32,000 nt of DNA, from contig NC_017448.1 in NCBI RefSeq assembly GCF_000146505.1, forward strand, positions 3,630,001-3,662,000. The letters are read 5' to 3'. This document shows, piece by piece, positions 15,605 through 22,496 of this stretch (positions are counted from its first letter, which is position 1; each line of letters opens with the position of its first letter). The notes below the pieces were generated by a model. The model was given only the letters and a program-made list of their open reading frames with translations. It was not told the origin of the DNA and did no database searches. This DNA comes from Fibrobacter succinogenes subsp. succinogenes S85 (GTDB taxonomy: Bacteria; Fibrobacterota; Fibrobacteria; Fibrobacterales; Fibrobacteraceae). The position numbers and the translations under genes are program-made.

Positions 15605-15607
15605 ATG
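15587..15607 (+). promoter_or_regulatory. Conserved start motif TTTTGTATATT-N4-TGT-ATG of paralog P1
   Basis: The same 21-nt motif ends in the start codon of all four paralogs and contains TATATT 7 nt upstream of the ATG. In P1 and P4 it also contains TActTTTG. Confidence 0.55.
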
Positions 15608-16996
15608 AAAAAGAAATTGTGTTTAGTTGTAATTTGGTTTGCTCTGATTGTTTGTTCGCTATTTTGCACATCATGTTCCGATGATTTGAAGAACATTGAT
15701 TTAAAACGTGATTCCCTAAGTTCGGAAACATGGCTCGAAGTCGAGAAGAACGATTCCCTCAAAATTTGCATGGACTCAAAAGTCCGCACGTGGGAAACTT
15801 CGCTGAATACAGAAATTCTAAACGATTCATGTTTAAAATTTCAAGTTCCAGAACTTAACGGAATCAATACAATCAATATAAAGTTTCCAGATTCTGACAG
15901 CGTCTATAAAATCAATTTAGCTGTCGGTATGAAGTATTTGAACTTCAAAAATGAAGAAACTTTATATGGTAATGACGATTACCAAATGAATCCTTATGAA
16001 GAAAAAATCGTATATGTTACGGGTTCCTATTTAGTTGATAAATACCCTGTGACTAATTGTGATTTTTTACAATTGTTATGGGATGAAATTCCTCTAAATT
16101 CTCCCCAAATAGATACCATGGAAAAAGACTTTACAAAATTTTGGGTACAAAAAAAAGAATCAAGAAAAAATAACGAAAAATGTATTACCCATGATTCTGC
16201 AGCAAGTACAATTCCTTTATATTTGGCGATGAAATATGCCAATATTCGCAGTCTTCGCGAAGGTCTAGAACCGTATTATATCTTTTCAAACACTAGTAAT
16301 AAATTTGTACAAATTGATCGCAAAGCAAGGTCTGTCAATCGTAACGGAATTGAAGAAGTTCCCGAGCATCATTATTTTATCGTTTACCATGATTTCATAG
16401 AGCATGAAAATAACTTGATAGAAGTTTATGATAATTCGTCTTCTGATGGTTATCGGCTTCCTTATTATGACGAATGGGTTATGTTAGCTCGTGGTGGTGA
16501 TAAAAACAACACCCCCTGGAATGAATCTGCATCTTTTAAAGAAATTTCTAAATACGCAAAATTCGAAGATAAGGTAAGTTGTTCTGATTTAAATGATTCA
16601 GGTCCTTTATATAGTATAATATCATTTTTTCATTGGTGCAAAAATGATTATGAATCAGGACCTGTTGGAAAACTCTTGCCTAATGGATTTGGTTTATATG
16701 ATATATTTGGCCTAGTTGAAGAACAAGTTCTATTTGAAAAGCATAATTATTCAAGAGATAATTATAATGTTTTTTTTACCATTGAACCTAAAGAAGAAAA
16801 AAAAAGAAACCCATTAAGATGCATAGATGATTGCCCAGCTTGTTTAAAAGGTGGAATTCGTCGTTCTGACTTAGAAAGAATTAATTATGGTTATATTTCG
16901 AACGATTATTTTCCTAAATATTCCGGCGGTTTCCGCCTAATCCGCAACATCGGCAACAACGCCAAATGGAGCGAAGTTAAGCTTGACAAGGAATAA
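15605..16996 (+). CDS. Paralog P1: lipoprotein with a conserved ~80-aa N-terminal domain and a FGE/SUMF1 (C-type-lectin-like fold) domain
   Basis: ATG 15605 gives MKKKLCLVVIWFALIVCSLFCTSCSDD (lipobox). SUMF1 hallmarks: LVDKYPVTNCDFLQLLW, GYRLPYYDEWVMLARGGDK, PNGFGLYDIFGLVEEQV, CLKGG, GGFRLIRNIGNNAKW. The upstream part of the ORF-track call (15467-15604) is non-coding promoter sequence. Confidence 0.85.
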   Translation: MKKKLCLVVIWFALIVCSLFCTSCSDDLKNIDLKRDSLSSETWLEVEKNDSLKICMDSKVRTWETSLNTEILNDSCLKFQVPELNGINTINIKFPDSDSVYKINLAVGMKYLNFKNEETLYGNDDYQMNPYEEKIVYVTGSYLVDKYPVTNCDFLQLLWDEIPLNSPQIDTMEKDFTKFWVQKKESRKNNEKCITHDSAASTIPLYLAMKYANIRSLREGLEPYYIFSNTSNKFVQIDRKARSVNRNGIEEVPEHHYFIVYHDFIEHENNLIEVYDNSSSDGYRLPYYDEWVMLARGGDKNNTPWNESASFKEISKYAKFEDKVSCSDLNDSGPLYSIISFFHWCKNDYESGPVGKLLPNGFGLYDIFGLVEEQVLFEKHNYSRDNYNVFFTIEPKEEKKRNPLRCIDDCPACLKGGIRRSDLERINYGYISNDYFPKYSGGFRLIRNIGNNAKWSEVKLDKE

Positions 16997-17034
16997 TTTT
17001 TTCCTGAAAATGTAGAACCGAGCAATTTCCTTTT

Positions 17035-17055
17035 TTTTGTATATTCTGTTGTATG
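17035..17055 (+). promoter_or_regulatory. Conserved start motif of paralog P2
   Basis: ttttgtatattctgttgtATG, preceded by a T8 run. Confidence 0.55.
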
Positions 17056-18375
17056 AAAATAAAGATTCTTTTACTATGTGTATCTTTTTTTGTTCTTGTT
17101 TTGAATGCGTGCTCGAATAGCGTTAAAAAACAGGATATTTCAGCGGGAATAATAAAGCAGTTTAGCCCGATAGAAAGAATCTTTGATGTAATCCGAGATT
17201 CTCTGGGCGAAGAAAACTGGCTTGAAGTCGAAAAAAATGAAAACGTTAAAATTTGTGTTGACCAGAAAGTTTTTGCTTGGAAGACGGTATTAAAATCAAG
17301 TGTTCTCAATGATTCCTGCTTAGTTTTCCAAGCTCCGACTCTTGTTGGAGTCGAAACTGTTGATGTGTCTTTTTCGGAAGCGGATAGTTCGCATAAAATC
17401 AATTTAGCCATCGGAATGAAATACTTAAATTTCAAGAATGAAGAAGTTCTGTTAGGATTTAACACATGTCGAGAAAACCAACTTGTCGGTCGATGCAAAA
17501 ACGAAGATCCAGAAAGACTATTTTCTGTAACGGGCACTTACTTAGTCGATAAATATCCTGTTACCAACTGCGAGTTTACGCAACTGATGTGGGATAGCAT
17601 TCCAGCAACATCCTTGTATAGAAACGAATCGTTAAGAAAGGATTATTATGAAGATTGGCTAAACAGAAAAAGTGCTTCTAAACGTAATGAAAACTGCATA
17701 ACACAAGACACGGCTGCCAATACTGTATCTTTATTTCAGGCGATGAAATATGCAAATGCACGCAGTATTCGTGAAGGTCTAAAGCCTTATTATATATTTG
17801 CTCCTGTAGAAGAATATGCAGAAAGAGAAAGTATTTTATCGACTACACAACGTATAGTAACTCGTAGGGATTTTACTATACATGATATCAAATATATTCA
17901 AGTTTCTGACGACAGTACCTCGAACGGTTATAGACTTCCATATTACAATGAATGGATGATGTTTGCTCGTGGTGGCGACAAAAAGAATATGGCCCCCTGG
18001 GGAGACTCTTCGGGCACTTTCGAAAAAACAAAAAAATACGCCAGATTTAAAACAAAAATGGTTTCTTTTGAAACAGAACCCGTTGGCCAGCTGACACCCA
18101 ATGGATACGGATTATACGATATGTTTGGTCTCGTTCAAGAGCATGTACTCTTAAAATCAAGTTTGTTTAGAGGAGACCTTGGTTTTGCGTCTTGTTTGAA
18201 GGGCGGAGATTATCACGTTTCTCTAGAAGACGGATCCGACGACACCTTAAGTCCTTATTGGAAATGGATAAGCTACGGATATTACGAACCAGGTCATCAA
18301 GGTTATGGAGCTGGTTTCCGTCTCATCCGCAACATCGGCAATAATGCTAAGTGGACCTATCTCAAGTCCAAATGA
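17053..18375 (+). CDS. Paralog P2: FGE/SUMF1-fold lipoprotein
   Basis: MKIKILLLCVSFFVLVLNACSNS (lipobox). It has the same N-terminal domain (ENWLEVEKNENVKICVD...KINLAIGMKYLNFKNEE) and SUMF1 motifs, and ends ...GAGFRLIRNIGNNAKWTYLKSK. Confidence 0.85.
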   Translation: MKIKILLLCVSFFVLVLNACSNSVKKQDISAGIIKQFSPIERIFDVIRDSLGEENWLEVEKNENVKICVDQKVFAWKTVLKSSVLNDSCLVFQAPTLVGVETVDVSFSEADSSHKINLAIGMKYLNFKNEEVLLGFNTCRENQLVGRCKNEDPERLFSVTGTYLVDKYPVTNCEFTQLMWDSIPATSLYRNESLRKDYYEDWLNRKSASKRNENCITQDTAANTVSLFQAMKYANARSIREGLKPYYIFAPVEEYAERESILSTTQRIVTRRDFTIHDIKYIQVSDDSTSNGYRLPYYNEWMMFARGGDKKNMAPWGDSSGTFEKTKKYARFKTKMVSFETEPVGQLTPNGYGLYDMFGLVQEHVLLKSSLFRGDLGFASCLKGGDYHVSLEDGSDDTLSPYWKWISYGYYEPGHQGYGAGFRLIRNIGNNAKWTYLKSK

Positions 18376-18379
18376 CAAC

Positions 18380-18400
18380 TTTTGTATATTCAATTGTATG
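18380..18400 (+). promoter_or_regulatory. Conserved start motif of paralog P3
   Basis: ttttgtatattcaattgtATG. It begins 5 nt after the P2 stop codon. Confidence 0.55.
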
Positions 18401-19687
18401 AAAAAGATTTTTTGTTTGGTTGCAAGTTATGGGGCCGTAATTGCCGGCTTGTTATTTTGTACAGCCTGCTCAGATAGGGAAAAATATATCGCTTTAAATC
18501 GAGGTTCTTTAAAAAACGAAACTTGGCTTGAAGTTGAAAAGAATGAAACGGTAAAAATCTGCATAGATTCCAAAGTACAAGTATGGAACACTGCACTGGA
18601 TTCTGAAATTCTTGGTGAATCCTGTTTAAAAGTTCGAGTTCCAACGCTTATTGGAGTCAGCACAATCGATGTGTTTTTTTCTAATACAGAAAGTTCCTAC
18701 AAAATCAATTTAGCGGTCGGGATGAAGTATCTGGACTTAAAAAACGAAGATGTTCTGTTAGGATTTGATTATATGCATGAATATATAGATAATGAAAGAC
18801 TAGCAAAAATCACAGGAATGTTTTTAGTTGATAAATATCCTGTTACTAACTGCGAATTTTTACAGTTAATGTGGGATGAAATTCCTTCAGAACTACATGA
18901 TGAAAAAGAAAAAAATTGGATTAAAAGAAAGAAGTTAAGCGTACGTAAAGAAGGTTGCGACACACACGACTCTGCGACAAATATTGTTTATTTATATCAA
19001 GCCTTAAAATATGCAAATAAGCGCAGTATTCGAGAAGGATTAAAACCGTATTATACATTTTCAGAAGAAACATTCTCGAAAAATGAATTTGAATATGATA
19101 AAACTATATCTGAAGGTCAATATATTATAAGCTATCGTGATTTCACCCACCATGATGAAACGCGAATCAAAGTTTCAGTTGATTCATCTTCGGATGGTTA
19201 TCGACTACCCTATTACGATGAATGGATGATGTTAGCTCGAGGCGGAGATAAGAAGCACAAAGCACCTTGGGGGGATTCAGCGACGTTTAAAGATGTACAA
19301 AAATACGCAAAATTCAATGATAAAACTGAATATTATGAAAAAATAAATAGTTCTATAACAGGACCTGTAGGCCAGTTACAGCCTAATGGATATGGTTTGT
19401 ATGATATTTTCGGTCTAGTTAATGAACTGGTTTTATTAGAGAAACCCCAAAAATTCAGAAAGTACCAAATATTATCAAGACCTAACCCCAATAGACCTCG
19501 TTACGCTAATACAAACTGTAAAAGGAAAAACAATTGTCCTTCTTATTTAAAGGGAGGAGGCGCTGATGATAATTGGCAAAATATTAGCTATGGGTATTAT
19601 TCATATGGTAGTATTGGCGGTTTCCGCCTCATCCGCAACATCGGCAATAACGCCAAATGGAGCGAAGTCAAGTCTGACAAGGAATAA
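18398..19687 (+). CDS. Paralog P3: FGE/SUMF1-fold lipoprotein
   Basis: ATG 18398 gives MKKIFCLVASYGAVIAGLLFCTACSDRE (lipobox). Same domain order. The C-terminus GGFRLIRNIGNNAKWSEVKSDKE is nearly identical to that of P1. Confidence 0.85.
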   Translation: MKKIFCLVASYGAVIAGLLFCTACSDREKYIALNRGSLKNETWLEVEKNETVKICIDSKVQVWNTALDSEILGESCLKVRVPTLIGVSTIDVFFSNTESSYKINLAVGMKYLDLKNEDVLLGFDYMHEYIDNERLAKITGMFLVDKYPVTNCEFLQLMWDEIPSELHDEKEKNWIKRKKLSVRKEGCDTHDSATNIVYLYQALKYANKRSIREGLKPYYTFSEETFSKNEFEYDKTISEGQYIISYRDFTHHDETRIKVSVDSSSDGYRLPYYDEWMMLARGGDKKHKAPWGDSATFKDVQKYAKFNDKTEYYEKINSSITGPVGQLQPNGYGLYDIFGLVNELVLLEKPQKFRKYQILSRPNPNRPRYANTNCKRKNNCPSYLKGGGADDNWQNISYGYYSYGSIGGFRLIRNIGNNAKWSEVKSDKE

Positions 19688-19713
19688 CCTGTTCCTGAAA
19701 TGACATTATCCAA

Positions 19714-19737
19714 ATGAGGCCTACGGCCTCATTTTTT
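19714..19737 (+). terminator. Rho-independent terminator of P3
   Basis: ATGAGGCC-tac-GGCCTCAT followed by TTTTT. Confidence 0.8.
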
Positions 19738-19760
19738 ACGCACTGTTTCGTATTCTCACC

Positions 19761-19785
19761 AGATTCTCGCTTTTGCGAGAATGAC
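19761..19785 (-). repeat. GTCAT...ATCT hairpin element, short form (minus strand: GTCAT-TCTCGC-aaaa-GCGAGA-ATCT)
   Basis: Perfect stem. It has the same frame as the copy at 6959 but a different, internally compensated stem sequence. Confidence 0.8.
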
Positions 19786-19792
19786 GAAATGC

Positions 19793-19844
19793 AGATTTCG
19801 CCCTTGCGGAGTTTATCCCGAACTTGTTTCGGAATGGAAATGAC
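19793..19844 (-). repeat. GTCAT...ATCT element, long form (52 nt)
   Basis: The minus strand reads GTCATTTC-CATTCCGAAacaagTTCGGGATaaactccgcaagggc-GAAATCT. The basal stem is ATTTC/GAAAT and there is an inner hairpin. It lies 7 nt from the short copy. Confidence 0.6.
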
Positions 19845-19846
19845 GG

Positions 19847-19870
19847 TAAAATCCCGGCATAAAGCCGGGA
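19847..19870 (-). terminator. Rho-independent terminator of Rpn copy 2
   Basis: The minus strand reads TCCCGGC-tttat-GCCGGGA followed by TTTT, about 10 nt after the stop codon. Confidence 0.7.
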
Positions 19871-19880
19871 AATCCGGTTG

Positions 19881-20879
19881 TTACTTAAGAGCGTTCTTCG
19901 CCAGTGACTGTTTCAGTTCAAGAACTTTATCCTCGGAAAGACGGGAGTACTTGACGATTTTTTCAACAGGCTCGTCATCAGCAAGCATGTCAAGAGCCAT
20001 TTCAACATTTCGGTTATCACGCCCTTGTTCAAGCCCTTGTTCACGTCCTTTGAGCCAAATTTCGGCTTCGATAGCTTCATCAGCGTGTTTATCGAACATA
20101 TGTTCCTCCAAGGCTTTAAGCAGTTCAGGGCTTATGCGGCTTACGCGCAAACGGTTGAGCGCATCCCTAAAGATCGGGTCCTTCGATTCGGGAACTTCAA
20201 GTGGCCCTTGAGACAAGAGTTTCAGCCAGTAGTCCTCGCGTGAACTGATGCTCTTGCGAATCCTCTTAAAGTTCGGTAAATCAATTACAATATATCTATT
20301 TTTACTGAAAATGGGAAGAGCCCGATGTGTTGAGTCGCTGTGGTGAACTTCGTCCTCGCTATAGACCGCCCAAGTGTCCTTAAAAATATCCTTTGACTTG
20401 AGAATTTGGAAATTACAAAGCCAGATGGACACCGTTTCGGGAAGTTCATAAAAATGAACCTTACGTTCCTTTTCGTCCATCAATTTGAAATACGTTGACC
20501 TGTTATACTCGTACTTGCCACGCAATGTTTGATAGGAATTGTAGAGTTGGAGACGGTCAAGAAAGAATGGATGGCTTCTATTCTGCATCTCTATGTTGAA
20601 ATAACGGTGATCCTTTGTTGTTACCCACACGTCTAGGCGCGCGGAGTCATCTTCCGGCATGAAAACGTCAATGGGCTTTTCGAACTCGTAGTCGAGATCA
20701 ATGATTTCATGGTCATGGTCAAGCCCAAGCAAACAATTGAGCATATCGCGGATGGTGTCCTTGTCATCCATCAGCACACGGAACGTTTCGCTGTAATATG
20801 GAAGCAAAAATTCCTCACCCTGCGCGTTCGTGACGATGTAGTAGGCCTTCTTTTCTGAAGTTGTGTTATTTTCGGTCAT
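19881..20879 (-). CDS. Rpn/YhgA-like PD-(D/E)XK recombination-promoting nuclease / putative transposase family protein, copy 2
   Basis: Core ...RLDVWVTTKDHRYFNIEMQNRSHPFFLDRLQLYNS. The C-terminus REQGLEQGRDNRNVEMALDMLADDEPVEKIVKYSRLSEDKVLELK is colinear with copy 1. Confidence 0.8.
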   Translation of the reverse strand: MTENNTTSEKKAYYIVTNAQGEEFLLPYYSETFRVLMDDKDTIRDMLNCLLGLDHDHEIIDLDYEFEKPIDVFMPEDDSARLDVWVTTKDHRYFNIEMQNRSHPFFLDRLQLYNSYQTLRGKYEYNRSTYFKLMDEKERKVHFYELPETVSIWLCNFQILKSKDIFKDTWAVYSEDEVHHSDSTHRALPIFSKNRYIVIDLPNFKRIRKSISSREDYWLKLLSQGPLEVPESKDPIFRDALNRLRVSRISPELLKALEEHMFDKHADEAIEAEIWLKGREQGLEQGRDNRNVEMALDMLADDEPVEKIVKYSRLSEDKVLELKQSLAKNALK

Positions 20880-20922
20880 TTACAATTCCTTTAGAGGGTT
20901 GGTTATGATTTGCCCCCTATAC

Positions 20923-21038
20923 TATTAACACGCTTCAGCAAGCCGTTTGGCTCATGAAAACTTTGTAAAATATTTTTAGACAGGAGCGGGGCATGCGTGG
21001 ATGATTGCAAACGACGTTACTTTTGTATATTCAACTGT
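20923..21038. promoter_or_regulatory. Divergent intergenic control region Rpn2 <-> paralog P4; copy B of the duplicated 116-bp block
   Basis: See 15489-15604. Confidence 0.7.
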
Positions 21039-21041
21039 ATG
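21021..21041 (+). promoter_or_regulatory. Conserved start motif of paralog P4
   Basis: ttttgtatattcaactgtATG. Confidence 0.55.
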
Positions 21042-22457
21042 AAAAAAATTTTGTTGTTCCTAACGATATGCGTTACGTTTGCGAATGCTCAATTCTATTA
21101 CGACAAGCATGGAGAAAGTCGCGGTGCGTATAAGGACAGCTTGGAGTATTCAAAGCTTGTTGGGCTTGCAAAAAGATTTCGTGGTCCGATATTGGTGAAA
21201 AAGCCGGTTGATGGCGTCAAACCAAGAAAAAATTTGGAAAAGATTCCTGAAAATAAAATTCAAAGAACATTTAATGTAAATCGCGATACTTTGAACAAAG
21301 AAAAGTGGCTCGAAGTGGAGAAAAACGAAATCGTCAAAATTTGTGTTGATGCACCTGTTGTCGCATGGGAAACTTCCTTAAACGCGATTATATCTAGCGA
21401 TTCGTGCCTGACATTCGAAACACCGACGCTTATTGGTGTTGAAACACTTAGGGTGCATTTCCCTGACTCGGATAGTTCGAAGAAAATCAATTTAGCAGTC
21501 GGGATGAAGTATCTTGATTTCAAAAACGAAGAAGTTCTGTTAGGATTTAATCGATACTCCGAAAAAGAATTAAAGATGCAAGGGTTTTGCAATACAGAGG
21601 AGAACGGAACAATAGCTTGTGGTCCCAAAAATGAGGATCCAGAAAGGCTTGTTTCCATTACTGGTACATACTTAGTCGATAAATATCCTGTTACAAACTG
21701 CGAATTTACACAACTGATGTGGAATGATAGTCTTCTTGATTATAAGTGGCAAAACAGAAAGAGAGCTTCTATACGTAATGGAAACTGCATAACACAAGAC
21801 ACGGCCGCAAATACTGTATCTCTATTTTGGGCTATGGAATATGCCAACGCACGCAGTATTCGTGAAGGTCTAAAGCCTTATTATATATTTTCTCCTGTAG
21901 AATATGCAGAAAGAGAAAGTATTTTATCGGCTCGACAACGTATTATTAAACAATATGTTCTCGGATATATTCAAGTTTCTGACGACAGTACCTCGAACGG
22001 TTATAGACTTCCATATTACAATGAATGGATGATGCTTGCTCGTGGTGGCGACAAAAAGAATAGGGCCCCTTGGGGAGATTCTTCGGGCTCTTTTGAAAAA
22101 ACAAAAAAATACGCTAGATTTAAAACAAAAATGGTTTCCTTTGAAACGGAACCCGTTGGCCAGCTGACTCCCAATGGATACGGATTATATGATATGTTTG
22201 GTCTCGTTCAAGAGCATGTTCTTTTTGAATACGATTTGTTTGAAGGAAACATGGGGTTCGCATCCTGTCTAAAAGGTGGCGATTATCACGTTTCTCTAGA
22301 AGATGGGTTCGACGATACTTTAAGTCCTTATTGGAAATGGATAAGCTACGGGTATTATGAACCTGGTCATCCAGGTAATGGAGCGGGTTTCCGCCTAATC
22401 CGCAACATCGGCAATAACGCCAAATGGACCAAAATTAAAACAGTTGGCAAAGAGTAG
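21039..22457 (+). CDS. Paralog P4: secreted FGE/SUMF1-fold protein (SPase-I-type signal, extra ~70-aa N-terminal insert); body most similar to P2
   Basis: ATG 21039 gives MKKILLFLTICVTFANA-QF. Long near-identical DNA runs are shared with P2, for example 17894-17961 vs 21967-22034, which is identical by eye. It ends GAGFRLIRNIGNNAKWTKIKTVGKE. Confidence 0.85.
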   Translation: MKKILLFLTICVTFANAQFYYDKHGESRGAYKDSLEYSKLVGLAKRFRGPILVKKPVDGVKPRKNLEKIPENKIQRTFNVNRDTLNKEKWLEVEKNEIVKICVDAPVVAWETSLNAIISSDSCLTFETPTLIGVETLRVHFPDSDSSKKINLAVGMKYLDFKNEEVLLGFNRYSEKELKMQGFCNTEENGTIACGPKNEDPERLVSITGTYLVDKYPVTNCEFTQLMWNDSLLDYKWQNRKRASIRNGNCITQDTAANTVSLFWAMEYANARSIREGLKPYYIFSPVEYAERESILSARQRIIKQYVLGYIQVSDDSTSNGYRLPYYNEWMMLARGGDKKNRAPWGDSSGSFEKTKKYARFKTKMVSFETEPVGQLTPNGYGLYDMFGLVQEHVLFEYDLFEGNMGFASCLKGGDYHVSLEDGFDDTLSPYWKWISYGYYEPGHPGNGAGFRLIRNIGNNAKWTKIKTVGKE

Positions 22458-22496
22458 TGACCTGCCGCTAAGCAACAAAATACTATCTTATTTCTC

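Noticed and set aside
16797-16805. Homopolymer tracts in and around the cassette genes as phase-variation switches: A9 at 16797-16805 in P1, T8 upstream of P2 at 17031-17038, and T7-T8 runs in P1-P3
   Set aside because: Runs of 7-9 A/T are expected by chance in DNA this AT-rich, and the in-frame ones encode ordinary Lys/Phe codons. They are worth checking in population data but are not supported as switches from sequence alone.
14390-22457. Diversity-generating retroelement (DGR) acting on the FGE/CLec-fold paralogs
   Set aside because: The fold and the layout (C-terminal variable segment plus invariant block) resemble DGR targets. However, the window has no reverse transcriptase gene and no non-coding template repeat. 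The P2/P4 differences in the variable segment are ordinary substitutions at all four bases rather than adenine-specific changes. An RT elsewhere in the genome cannot be excluded.
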